Notes: generated from the sequence alone by a model not told the origin. 64,000 nt of DNA from Pseudonocardia sp. (GCA_029263115.1 JAJCYC010000269.1:930-64929); one strand, 5' to 3'; shown: positions 42,211-52,575, counted from the stretch's first letter. Made by a program: numbers and translations.

Positions 42211-42678
42211 TCAGCCGGGGAGGCCGTTGGTGGCGTTCAGCGCTGAGGCGCTGTCCGCCGGGTCGTCCACCTGGCCGACCAGCGCCCGGATCGAGTCGTC
42301 GGCTAGTTGGTAGTGGATGGTGCGCCCGTCCCGGCGGGTGGTGACCACCCCGTGCGCGCGCAGCAGCCGCAGTGCCTGCGACACGGTGCTGTCCTTCACC
42401 CCGGTGGCGGCCGCCAGGTCGGATACGCAGATCTCCCCGGTGTGGTGGATGCACAGCAGCAGGGCCAACCGGGTCTGGTCGGCCAGCAGGGTGAACCGGG
42501 TGACCCAGGCGTGCAGGGCGTCCGGGGCCGGCAGGTGGGCGCGTGCTTCGCACACCCGTTCGCCGTCGACGACGAGGTGTGGGTCATCCGGGTCGAGAAG
42601 GTGCACCACACCATTGTGGCCTCTGTCTCCGGCATGCGTACTTTCCGGTGCCGCCGGGTATCCGGTCCAGGTCAACAA
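42211..42678 (-). CDS. ArsR/SmtB-family metalloregulator
   Basis: FTLLADQTRLALLLCIHHTGEICVSDLAAATGVKDSTVSQALRLLRAHGVVTTRRDGRTIHYQLAD. The start is uncertain (possibly the internal GTG near 42609). Confidence 0.8.
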   Translation of the reverse strand: MLTWTGYPAAPESTHAGDRGHNGVVHLLDPDDPHLVVDGERVCEARAHLPAPDALHAWVTRFTLLADQTRLALLLCIHHTGEICVSDLAAATGVKDSTVSQALRLLRAHGVVTTRRDGRTIHYQLADDSIRALVGQVDDPADSASALNATNGLPG

Positions 42679-42719
42679 GCCGGCGCACGAGGTGCCGGCC
42701 TACTTGGAGGAGAAGTCCG

Positions 42720-42917
42720 ATGAGCTTGATCGACAAGGCCAAGAACAAGCTGGACGAGGCCAAGGGCAAGGCCAAGGAAGGCACCGGCAAGGCGACGGAC
42801 GACAAGGAACTCGAGTACGAGGGCAAGTCCGACCAGGGTGGCGCCCACGTCAAGCAGGCCGGCGAGAACGTGAAGGACGCCGCCGGCAACGTCAAGGACG
42901 CCTTCAAGAAGAACTGA
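42720..42917 (+). CDS. CsbD-family stress protein
   Basis: ATG at 42720 lies 8 nt after GGAGGAG. MSLIDKAKNKLDEAKGKAKEGTGKATDDKELEYEGKSDQGGAHVKQAGENVKDAAGNVKDAFKKN. Confidence 0.9.
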   Translation: MSLIDKAKNKLDEAKGKAKEGTGKATDDKELEYEGKSDQGGAHVKQAGENVKDAAGNVKDAFKKN

Positions 42918-42935
42918 CCCACCCCGTTCCCATCA

Positions 42936-42973
42936 CACGGCGCGCCGGCTCCCATCGGGGTCGGTGCGCCGTG
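42936..42973 (+). terminator. GC-rich hairpin downstream of csbD (candidate intrinsic terminator, no U-tract)
   Basis: cacggcgc (42936-42943) pairs with gcgccgtg (42966-42973). The inner gccg/cggt pairing extends the stem. Confidence 0.35.
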
Positions 42974-43125
42974 CTGTGTGGGGCCACTGGACCGGCCCGA
43001 TCGGGACCGCCGCGTCATCGCCGACCGGGACATCCCCTGGAGCTGACGGTTGGCGCGCGGCCACCTGAGCCGCCCGGTCACCGGGACCACTACCGCGACG
43101 GTCGGCGGGGGAGGATGATCGACCC

Positions 43126-44949
43126 ATGTCGAGCGTGCCGTGGTCCAGGGGCCACCGGCCGGGCTGGCCGGCCGGCGAGCACCGTCGGCACACCGGCTTC
43201 ACCCCCGCCGGCCGGGTGCGCTGGCTCAACCCGGCGGTGCTCGCCCGGACCGCCGTGCAGGTGGCGCTGTCCCGCACGTTCGGTCAGTTCGCCGACCGGC
43301 GCGAGCTGCAGAAGACCGAGCGGGCGAACCCGCTGGACCTCACCGCCGCCCGGCACGACACCGCCGGCCACGACGGGACGAGCCCGGGGGACGAGGACTT
43401 CTGGCTGGACTTCGTCGCCGACCTTGGCGACGGGTTCGATGCCACCGCCACGGTGGCCAGCCAGCTCGCCGCGGACGAGTTGACGCTCGCCGGACCGGAC
43501 GGCGAGATCCTGACCAGGGCGGGCTCGCTGCTGGTGATGGGCGGCGACCAGGTGTATCCGGCGGCGTCCGCGACCGCGTACAACGACCGGCTGGTCGGGC
43601 CCTACCGGGCGATGCTGCCCTGGGCCGAGCGGCCGCGCTGGCTGGTGGCGCTGCCCGGCAACCACGACTGGTACGACGGGTTGGTCAGCTTTCTGCGGGC
43701 GTTCTGCCAGCAGCGTTGGATCGGTGGTTGGAAGACGGTGCAGTCGCGCAGCTACTTCGCGGTGCGGCTGCCCGGCGGCTGGTGGCTGTGGGGGGTCGAC
43801 ACCCAGCTCGCCGACGAGATCGACAAGCCGCAGCTGGACTACTTCCGGGCGATCGCGCAGCAGGTCGGACCGGACGAGGCGATCATCCTGTGCTGGGCGA
43901 ACCCGTGCTGGGTGGACTCCGGCCCGGCCGACCCGGAGGCCTACGCGGCGTTCGAGTTCTTCGAGCGCACCGTGGTGCCCGACCGGGCCATGGTGCGGGT
44001 GGTGCTGACCGGCGACCTGCACCACTACGCCCGCTACGCCGGGCCCAACGGCGAGCAGAAGATCACTGCGGGCGGTGGTGGCGCCTACCTGGCGGCCACC
44101 CACCACCTCCCCGATCAGCTGTTGCTGCCCCCCGAGGACTCCCGCGACCTGGCCAAACGCTCCCCGGTGGAGTACCGGCTGCGCGCCACCTACCCCAGCC
44201 CGGAGGAGTCCCGGCGCCGCCGGTACGGGGTGTGGCGAGGCATCTTCGGCAACCGCACGCTGTGCGCGATCCCGGCGCTGCTCTACGGGCTGCTCGGCTT
44301 CGTGATCGGCCAGGCGTTCCCCGGTTTCGGCGGCGCCGACCCATGGCGGGTGGACGCCGAGCAGCTGGTGCTCGCGGTGCTGATCCTGGCCGGCACCTAC
44401 TACGGGCTGTCCGCGTTCACCGGGCTGAAGAAACGCCCCCGGGCGGCCAGTCGGCGGCTGCTGGGCGCAGTGCACACCCTCGCCCACCTGGTCACGGTGC
44501 TCGTCGTGGCGGCCGGGCTGCGGCTGGCCTGCGTGGGGCTGGGCTTCCCGCCGCAGTGGACGGCGATCACCCTGCTCGGCGGGTGCGCGGTGGCCGGCGC
44601 GGTGGCCAGGCTGCTGGTGCTGGCCGCGCATCTGCTGGTCGCCGACCGGGTCGGGGTGAACACCAACGAGCTGTTCGCCGCGCAGGCGATCCCCGACCAC
44701 AAGTGCTTCGTGCGGCTGCGGATCGCGTCGGACGGTGAGCTGACGATCTACCCGGTGCGGATCGACCGCACGGTGCGCTGGGAGTTCGCCCTCGACGGAG
44801 GCACGGCCGGCGACCGGCGATGGTACCGCCCGGTGGGTGGTGTCGAGCCGGCGGCCGCGCTGATCGAGCCGCCGATCGTGGTGCCCAGGCGCGCGCCGGG
44901 GCAGACTGGACCGGCCAGCCAGCCACCACTGCAGGAGGCCCGGACATGA
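43126..44949 (+). CDS. Calcineurin-like metallophosphoesterase with C-terminal multi-TM domain
   Basis: 607 aa: LDFVADLGDGFD, VMGGDQVYP, LPGNHDWYDG, LTGDLHHY, then 4-5 TM helices and a soluble tail. Confidence 0.75.
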   Translation: MSSVPWSRGHRPGWPAGEHRRHTGFTPAGRVRWLNPAVLARTAVQVALSRTFGQFADRRELQKTERANPLDLTAARHDTAGHDGTSPGDEDFWLDFVADLGDGFDATATVASQLAADELTLAGPDGEILTRAGSLLVMGGDQVYPAASATAYNDRLVGPYRAMLPWAERPRWLVALPGNHDWYDGLVSFLRAFCQQRWIGGWKTVQSRSYFAVRLPGGWWLWGVDTQLADEIDKPQLDYFRAIAQQVGPDEAIILCWANPCWVDSGPADPEAYAAFEFFERTVVPDRAMVRVVLTGDLHHYARYAGPNGEQKITAGGGGAYLAATHHLPDQLLLPPEDSRDLAKRSPVEYRLRATYPSPEESRRRRYGVWRGIFGNRTLCAIPALLYGLLGFVIGQAFPGFGGADPWRVDAEQLVLAVLILAGTYYGLSAFTGLKKRPRAASRRLLGAVHTLAHLVTVLVVAAGLRLACVGLGFPPQWTAITLLGGCAVAGAVARLLVLAAHLLVADRVGVNTNELFAAQAIPDHKCFVRLRIASDGELTIYPVRIDRTVRWEFALDGGTAGDRRWYRPVGGVEPAAALIEPPIVVPRRAPGQTGPASQPPLQEART

Positions 44950-45057
44950 CCGCCACCGTCACCCCCGCCGAGCGCGAACAGCTCACCGACGACCGGGAGA
45001 AGATCAAGCAGGAGTTCCTGGTGCCGGCCGACCGGCCCGGCCAGTTCGGCCCGCGGC

Positions 45058-45462
45058 GTGCACCACACCGCGCTGATCAGCTCGGACGTGCGCCGCACCT
45101 GCGCCTTCTACCAGGACCTGCTGGGTTTCCCGCTGGTCGAGATGTTCGAGAACCGCGACCTGCCCGGCTCCACGCACTTCTTCTTCGACCTCGGCCACGG
45201 CAACACGATCGCCTTCTTCGACCTGCCCGGCGTCGACCCCGGCCCGTACGCCGAGGTGCTGGGTGGGCTGCACCACCTGGCGATCTCGATCACGCCGGAG
45301 AACTGGCGGGCCGCCCGGATGCGGCTGGACGCGGCCGGGGTGGAGTACCTGCTGGAAAGCGGCAGCTCGATCTACTTCCGGGACCCCGACGGCGCCCGGC
45401 TGGAGCTGATCCACGACCCGCTGGGCGAGATGTACGGCCATAAGATCGAGCTGGGCGACTGA
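45058..45462 (+). CDS. VOC/glyoxalase-family protein (core domain; N-terminal extension is in another frame)
   Basis: VHHTALISSDVRRTCAFYQDLLGFPLVEMFENRDLPGSTHFFFDLGHGNTIAFFDLPG...LHHLAISI...IYFRDPDGARLELI. Confidence 0.8.
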   Translation: MHHTALISSDVRRTCAFYQDLLGFPLVEMFENRDLPGSTHFFFDLGHGNTIAFFDLPGVDPGPYAEVLGGLHHLAISITPENWRAARMRLDAAGVEYLLESGSSIYFRDPDGARLELIHDPLGEMYGHKIELGD

Positions 45463-45474
45463 AGTGCTGGGCGA

Positions 45475-47094
45475 CTAGCGCCAGGACGGCAGCCACATCT
45501 GCGCGTCCCAGTGCGCGGCGGTGATGGTGTCCCCGACCATGATCGGCCACAGCCAGGCGAAGTTGGCCACCGCCGCCCCGAGGTACAGCGAGACCAGCAC
45601 CAGGCCGATGCGCCGTCGGTCGGGCGTGGCGCCGGCGCGGCCGAGGAGTTCACCCAGCGCCAGGGTCAGTCCCAGCACCAGGAACGGGGCCAGCGGCGTG
45701 GCGTAAAAGTAGTACATCTGCCGGTCGAGGTTGGTGAACCACGGCAGGTACCCCGCGCCGTAGCCGACCAGCACCGCGGCGTAGCGCCAGTCAAACCCGG
45801 CGAGCACCCGCCACAGCGACCAACCCAGCGCCACCGGGCTGAGCCACCACAGGGCCGGGGTGCCGACCAGCATGGTGACCGTCACGCAGTCCGCCTCGCC
45901 GCAGGCGCCCACCTCGTCGGAGTAGTAGTAGAGCATCGGGCGCAGGCCCAGCGGCCATGACCAGGGCTTCGACTCCCACGGGTGCGGCTCGCTGCGTGAG
46001 GTGGCCAGGCCCTCGTGGAACCCGAGCACGTGCCCGCTGTAGTACCAGAGCGCGCGCAGCGGGTCGGGCAGGAACGACCAGAGACCGCCCTCGCCGACCG
46101 CCTGACCGACCACGTGCCGGTCGGTGCCGGTCTCGCTGCCGAACCACGCCCACCAGCTCGCCAGGTAGGCCAGCACGGGCACCGCGGCCAGTGCCCAGAG
46201 CGCCGGGACCACGTCCCGGATCCAGGTGCCCGCCCACGGCCTGGCCACCCCGGCGCTCCGGCGCAGCGACAGGTCCCAGAACACCGCGAGCAGCCCGAAC
46301 GCGGCCAGCCAGTACACCCCGGACCACTTGACCGCGCAGGCCGCCCCGATGGCCACGCCGGCCCCGAACCGCCACCAGCGCACGCCCCAGCGGGGTCCGA
46401 ACGGCGACTCGCCGACCCGGTCCTGCGCCACCACCACGGCCATCCGCATCCGCACGTCGTCGCGGTCGACCAGCAGGCAGCTGAACGCGGCCAGCACGAA
46501 CATGGTGAGGAAGATGTCCAGCATCCCCATCCGGGAGGACACGAAGCTGACCCCGTCGGCCAGCACCAGCACCCCGGCCACCGTGCCGAGCAGCGTCGAG
46601 CGGGTCATCCGGCGGGCGATGCGCACGATCAGCAGCACGCAGAGCGTGCCGGCGACGGCCGCGCTGAACCGCCAGCCGAACCCGTCGTAGCCGAACATCT
46701 GCTCGCCGACCGCGATCAGCTGCTTGGCCAGCGGCGGGTGCACCACCAGTTCGTACCCGGGGTTGTCCTCGACGCCGCCGTTGCGCACCATCTGCCAGGC
46801 CTGCGGCACGTAGTGCTTCTCGTCGAAGACCGGTGTTCCCCCGTCGGTGGGGTGGCCGAGCCGGTAGAACCGCAGCGCGCCACCGACCAGGGCCAGCGCG
46901 AGCGCCACCAGCCAGCCGCGCAGCCGGTCGGTCGGCAGCGGCGGGTCCGGGGTGTAGCGGTGCCGGGCCGGTGGACCGGATCGGGGCCGGCGGCCGATCG
47001 GCAGGAGTCCCGCGCGCGCCGAACGCCCCGAGGCAGCGGCGGTCCCCGGTGCGGGGTCCGCCGGAGTCCAGGGTGCCAGTCTGGTGCCCGCCAT
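45475..47094 (-). CDS. pmt: Dolichyl-phosphate-mannose--protein mannosyltransferase (GT39)
   Basis: 539 aa: RFYRLGHPTDGGTPVFDEKHYVPQAWQM...VVHPPLAKQLIAVGE...; polytopic. Rv1002c position next to rsmI. Confidence 0.9.
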   Translation of the reverse strand: MAGTRLAPWTPADPAPGTAAASGRSARAGLLPIGRRPRSGPPARHRYTPDPPLPTDRLRGWLVALALALVGGALRFYRLGHPTDGGTPVFDEKHYVPQAWQMVRNGGVEDNPGYELVVHPPLAKQLIAVGEQMFGYDGFGWRFSAAVAGTLCVLLIVRIARRMTRSTLLGTVAGVLVLADGVSFVSSRMGMLDIFLTMFVLAAFSCLLVDRDDVRMRMAVVVAQDRVGESPFGPRWGVRWWRFGAGVAIGAACAVKWSGVYWLAAFGLLAVFWDLSLRRSAGVARPWAGTWIRDVVPALWALAAVPVLAYLASWWAWFGSETGTDRHVVGQAVGEGGLWSFLPDPLRALWYYSGHVLGFHEGLATSRSEPHPWESKPWSWPLGLRPMLYYYSDEVGACGEADCVTVTMLVGTPALWWLSPVALGWSLWRVLAGFDWRYAAVLVGYGAGYLPWFTNLDRQMYYFYATPLAPFLVLGLTLALGELLGRAGATPDRRRIGLVLVSLYLGAAVANFAWLWPIMVGDTITAAHWDAQMWLPSWR

Positions 47095-47423
47095 GACCGC
47101 CGATCGTAGGCGTGCGCCGCCCGTTCGCTCAGCCAGATCGCCGGGCCAGGCAGGAGCCGCTCGCGAGAGTAACGCTGATCCGGTTGTCGGCGCCGATGAT
47201 CCGACTGGAGTTACTTTCGTATGTCCAGACGTCGATCAGGTGGCGGTCGTGGATCTGACTGGCGGGTACTGCGGTCGGCGGCCCGCGGGCGTGCGGCCGG
47301 GTCGGCCCGCGCGACCGTGGCGGACTCGGGTCGTGTGGCGGTCGGCGACGCCGATGGCGGCCGTGGAGGTAACCACAGACAGGCTCACGATCTACGAAAT
47401 CGGACTAACGTTACTCTAGTGGA

Positions 47424-48389
47424 GTGTCGACGGGTCGGATGGCGGGCGTCGAACTGGCGTGCGGGGGCGGGATGGGCGGTCGAGGCAGTCAGGAGACCGG
47501 GCGGGTGGCCGTCCGGCCGGCTCCGTTCCGCGGTACCGAGGCGCTCGCCGCGGGTCGGCTCACCCGTGCCCGGTTGTACGGGCCGCGCTACCGGCGGCTG
47601 TACCCGGACGTGTACCTGCCCGCCGGGTCGGAGCCCGACCTGGCCACGCTGTCCCGTGCGGCGTTCCTGCTGGTCGCCGACCGCGGTGGGGTGCTTGCCG
47701 GATACTCGGCGGCGATCCTGCTCGGTGCCGACTGCGCGCCGCCGGGCGCGCCGGCCGAGGTCCTGGTGTCCATGAACGCCCGGCCGCACCCCGGCCTCCG
47801 GATCCACCGCGGCCGGGTCGGTGGCGCCGATCTGGCCATGGTCGACGGCATCCGGGTGACCTCGCCGGCGCGCACCGCCTGGGACCTCGCCCGCAGGCTG
47901 CCGGTGGTGGACGCGGTCGTCGCGCTGGACGCGCTGGCCAGGGTCGGTGGGTTCGCTCCGGCCGATCTGCTGGCCCGGGCGTCGGCCGAGCCGCGCTGCC
48001 GCGGGGTCCGGCGGCTGGTCGAGGTGGTGGCGCAGGCCGATCCGCGGGCGGAGTCGCCGCCGGAGACCCGGCTGCGGCTGCTGCTGCGCGGGGGAGGGTT
48101 GCCGGTACCGGAGGTGCAGTACCAGGTGCGCGACGAGTACGGGTTCGTGCTGGCCCGGGTCGACCTCGCCTATCCCGCGATCCGGCTGGCCATCGAGTAC
48201 GACGGCGCCGGACACCTCGACCCGCGTCGCACGCTCCGTGACCGCCGGCGTGACCTGGAGTTGGCCGACCTGGGGTGGGACACCATGCGCCTGGGTGCGG
48301 ACGATCTCGACACCCCGCCGGAGACCGTACGGCGGGTGTCCCGACGCCTGGAGCAACGCTCGGCACTCATGCAGCCGGTACGAGGGTGA
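47424..48389 (+). CDS. DUF559-type endonuclease-domain protein (Vsr/restriction-endonuclease-like fold)
   Basis: FRGTEALAAGRLTRARLYGPRYRRLYPDVY...RAESPPETRLRLLLRGGGLPVPEVQYQV...VDLAYPAIRLAIEYDGAGH. The start is probably downstream of 47424. Confidence 0.7.
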   Translation: MSTGRMAGVELACGGGMGGRGSQETGRVAVRPAPFRGTEALAAGRLTRARLYGPRYRRLYPDVYLPAGSEPDLATLSRAAFLLVADRGGVLAGYSAAILLGADCAPPGAPAEVLVSMNARPHPGLRIHRGRVGGADLAMVDGIRVTSPARTAWDLARRLPVVDAVVALDALARVGGFAPADLLARASAEPRCRGVRRLVEVVAQADPRAESPPETRLRLLLRGGGLPVPEVQYQVRDEYGFVLARVDLAYPAIRLAIEYDGAGHLDPRRTLRDRRRDLELADLGWDTMRLGADDLDTPPETVRRVSRRLEQRSALMQPVRG

Positions 48390-48414
48390 CCGTCGGCCAG
48401 CCGACTACGCTGCC

Positions 48415-49263
48415 ATGGTGTCCACAGCCGAGGAGCCCGGCCTGCTGCTGTTGGCCGCGACCCCGCTCGGCGACCCGGGGGATGCCTCGGCCCGGCTGGT
48501 CGCCGCCCTCGGCGACGTGGACGTGGTGGCCGCCGAGGACACCCGCCGGGTGCGCACCCTGGCGACCGCGCTGGGGGTGCGGATCACCGGGCGGGTGGTC
48601 AGCCACTACGACGCCGTCGAGGCCCGCCGGGCGCCGGCGCTGCTGGACGCGGTGCGCGGCGGGCAGACCGTGCTGGTGGTCACCGACGCGGGCATGCCGT
48701 CGGTGTCCGATCCGGGGTTCCGGCTGGTCAGCGAGTGTGTCGCGGCCGGGTTGCCGGTGAGCTGCCTGCCCGGGCCGTCGGCGGTGACCACCGCGCTGGC
48801 CCTGTCCGGTCTGCCGTGCGACCGGTTCTGTTTCGACGGGTTCGCGCCGCGCCGGCCCGGTGAGCGGCGGCGGTGGTTGGCCTCGCTGGCCGACGAGGCA
48901 CGCACCACCGTGTTCTTCGAGTCACCGCGCCGGCTCGCCGTCACCCTGGCCGACGCGGTCACCGAGCTGGGCGGGCAGCGCCAGATCGCGGTGTGCCGTG
49001 AGCTGACCAAGACCTACGAGCAGGTGCTGCGCGGCTCGCTGGCCGAACTCGCCGGGTGGGCGGCGGCCGACGAGGTGCGCGGCGAGATCACCGTGGTGCT
49101 GGCCGGCGGGTCGGCGGCGCCGGCCGCGCTGGACGAGCTGGTCGCGCGGGTACACCAGCGGGTGGAGGCCGGTGAGCGGCTCAAGGACGCCGTGCACGCG
49201 GTGGCCGCAGGTGGGAGCGTGCCGAAGCGTGAGTTGTATGCGGCTTCGCTCGCACGTGGGTGA
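48415..49263 (+). CDS. rsmI: 16S rRNA (cytidine1402-2'-O)-methyltransferase
   Basis: In ORF 47947..49263; ATG at 48415. LLLLAATPLGDPGDASARLVAALGDVDVVAAEDTRR...VTDAGMPSVSDPGFRLV...FESPRRL...CRELTKTYEQV. Confidence 0.9.
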   Translation: MVSTAEEPGLLLLAATPLGDPGDASARLVAALGDVDVVAAEDTRRVRTLATALGVRITGRVVSHYDAVEARRAPALLDAVRGGQTVLVVTDAGMPSVSDPGFRLVSECVAAGLPVSCLPGPSAVTTALALSGLPCDRFCFDGFAPRRPGERRRWLASLADEARTTVFFESPRRLAVTLADAVTELGGQRQIAVCRELTKTYEQVLRGSLAELAGWAAADEVRGEITVVLAGGSAAPAALDELVARVHQRVEAGERLKDAVHAVAAGGSVPKRELYAASLARG

Positions 49264-49272
49264 GAACCAGGC

Positions 49273-50307
<1,035 letters not shown>

Positions 50308-50354
50308 GTCGGGTACAACCCGCCGGGGGCACGGGATCTTCCCGCACCGGGGCG

Positions 50355-51545
50355 TCAGTCGGCCGCGGCCGGATTCGCCGTCCGGCCGGCGAACGGGCGC
50401 CAGCGGGCGACCGGTTCCACCACCCGCGCCGCGATCGGCCCCGCCACCGCCATCAGCAGCACGTACGCGGTGGCCAGCGCCGCCAGTTGTCCGGGTACCG
50501 CGCCCGAGGCCACCGCGAGGCCGGCGATCACGATGGAGAACTCGCCGCGGGCGACCAGTGCCGCGCCGGCCCGGGCCCGCCCCAACCGACCGATGTCCTG
50601 CCGGCGCGCGGCCCACCAGCCGGTGGCCAGCTTGGTCAGCGTGGTGGACACCGCGAGCACCAGCGCCCAGCCCAGCACCGGCGGGATGGTAGCCGGGTCG
50701 GTGTTGAGCCCGAACGCGACGAAGAAGACCGCCGCGAACAGGTCGCGCAGCGGCTCCAGCAGCCGGGTGGCGTTGTGCGCGGTGGAGCCGGAGATGGCGA
50801 TGCCGAGCAGGAACGCGCCGACCGCCGCCGAGACCTGCAGCGCCGCCGCGAAGCCGGCCACCAGCAGGGCCAGGCCGAGCACCTTGAGCAGGAACACCTC
50901 GCGGTCGGGGCTGTCCACCAGCGCCGAGACGTACCGGCCCCAGCGCAGCGCGACCAGCAGCACCACGCTGATCACCGCCAGCGAGACGCCGACCGTGGTC
51001 AGCCCGCCGAGCAGCGACACCCCGGCCAGGATTGTGGTCAGAATGGGCAGGTAGAGCGCCATCACCAGGTCCTCGAACACCAGGATGGACAACACCACCG
51101 GGGTCTCCCGGTTGCCCAGCCGGCCCAGGTCGGTGAGCACCTTGGCGATGATCCCGGAGGAGGAGATGTAGGTGACACCGCCCATCACCACGGCACCCAC
51201 CACGCCCCAGCCCACGTACAGCGCCACCGCGACGCCGGGCGCGGCGTTGAGCACGACGTCCAGCACCCCGGCCATCCAGGACCGCTTCAGCCCACTGACC
51301 AGCTCGGACGCCGAGTACTCCAGCCCGAGCAGTAGGAGCAGCAGCACCACCCCGACCTCGGAGGCGATCGGGGAGAACCCCTCGATCCCGTCCAGCTCGA
51401 CCAGCCCGCCGTTGCCGAAGGCCAGCCCGCCGAGCAGGTAGAGCGGGATCGGCGACATGCCGATCCGCTGCGCCACCCGGCCCAGCAGACCCAGGGTGAA
51501 GAAGACCGCGCCCAGTTGGATGAGCTCGAGCGCGACGTGGTTCAT
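50355..51545 (-). CDS. Cation:proton antiporter (CPA2, Kef/KhtU-like)
   Basis: 396 aa, polytopic. [44 protein letters not shown]. Confidence 0.85.
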   Translation of the reverse strand: MNHVALELIQLGAVFFTLGLLGRVAQRIGMSPIPLYLLGGLAFGNGGLVELDGIEGFSPIASEVGVVLLLLLLGLEYSASELVSGLKRSWMAGVLDVVLNAAPGVAVALYVGWGVVGAVVMGGVTYISSSGIIAKVLTDLGRLGNRETPVVLSILVFEDLVMALYLPILTTILAGVSLLGGLTTVGVSLAVISVVLLVALRWGRYVSALVDSPDREVFLLKVLGLALLVAGFAAALQVSAAVGAFLLGIAISGSTAHNATRLLEPLRDLFAAVFFVAFGLNTDPATIPPVLGWALVLAVSTTLTKLATGWWAARRQDIGRLGRARAGAALVARGEFSIVIAGLAVASGAVPGQLAALATAYVLLMAVAGPIAARVVEPVARWRPFAGRTANPAAAD

Positions 51546-51562
51546 GCGGCCATCAGCACCGC

Positions 51563-52045
51563 TCAGCCGCGGGTGAGGATCTCGGCGGCCTCGGCCAGTC
51601 CGTCCCGGGTGCCGACGGCGACCAGCAGGTCGCCGGCCGCGAGGGTGAAGTCCGGGCCGGGGGAGGGGTGCACCTGCCCGGCGCGCATCACCGCGACCAG
51701 CGACACCCCGGTCCGGGTGCGCATGGCGGTGTCGCCCAGCGGGCGGCCGTCGAACGGCGAGTCCTGCTTGATCGGCAACTGCTTGGTGCGGATGCCGGGC
51801 AGATCCTTGTGCTCCTCAGCGAGCTGGGCGACCAGTTGCGGGGCACCGAGCAGGTTGGCCAGCGCCCCGGCCTCGTCGTAGTTCAACTCGATCTCGGCCA
51901 GGCAGGCGTCGGGGTCGTCGCGCTTGGACACGATCAGCTCGAGTTTGCCGTCCCGGTGGCTGATCACCCCGATCCGCCGTCCGTTGCGCAGCGCGAAGTC
52001 CTTCCGGACCCCGATCCCGGGAAGTGGGGTGACCTCGACGTTCAC
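51563..52045 (-). CDS. TrkA-C/KhtT-like antiporter regulatory subunit
   Basis: 160 aa: TPLPGIGVRKDF...GRRIGVISHRDGKLELIV... plus the RCK_C segment GRPLGDTAMRTRTGVSLVAVMRAG. Confidence 0.8.
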   Translation of the reverse strand: MNVEVTPLPGIGVRKDFALRNGRRIGVISHRDGKLELIVSKRDDPDACLAEIELNYDEAGALANLLGAPQLVAQLAEEHKDLPGIRTKQLPIKQDSPFDGRPLGDTAMRTRTGVSLVAVMRAGQVHPSPGPDFTLAAGDLLVAVGTRDGLAEAAEILTRG

Positions 52046-52120
52046 CCCTCCACGATAGCTGGCGAGGATGCGGACGGGTCAGCGAGATCGATCGGTCGCG
52101 GCTCGCGGATCACCGGGGAC

Positions 52121-52350
52121 TCAGCCCGCCGGGTCGGACCTCCACAGCGTGCTCACCGGCACCGCCCAGACCCGATCGCCGAGCGGCAGCGGGTGCCGAC
52201 CGGTGTGCACCACGAGCCCGACGGTGAACCGCTCCCGGGCCAGCGTCCGGGCGTGCCGCTCGGTGGGGGTTGCGGTCAACTTGACCTCGATTCCGGCGAA
52301 CCGTCCGGACCTCCGATCGGACACGATCAGATCGATCTCGGCGCCATGGC
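52121..52350 (-). pseudogene. C-terminal fragment of a DUF4143-type AAA ATPase
   Basis: HGAEIDLIVSDRRSGRFAGIEVKLTATPTERHARTLARERFTVGLVVHTGRHPLPLGDRVWAVPVSTLW matches the last about 75 aa of DUF4143 proteins. An in-frame TAG at 52412-52414 and the absence of any N-terminal ATPase domain show it is truncated. Confidence 0.55.
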
Positions 52351-52575
52351 GAGGAGCAGGCCGGACCCTGCCCGCTGGAACAGGCCCAGGAACTCTCGGA
52401 CCAAGGTCATCCTAGTGAGCAGAACGCCGACAACCTAGTGAGCAAGAGGCGGCTGTCCGAAACGGCCACCGGGGCAATCGCCGGCCGGAAACCGACCTGC
52501 GCAAACCCGCTGGCCGTGCGGGCCTAGGCTGGACGTCATGAGTTCTTCGCGAGACCTGCTCGCCAGGGTCGAGCC

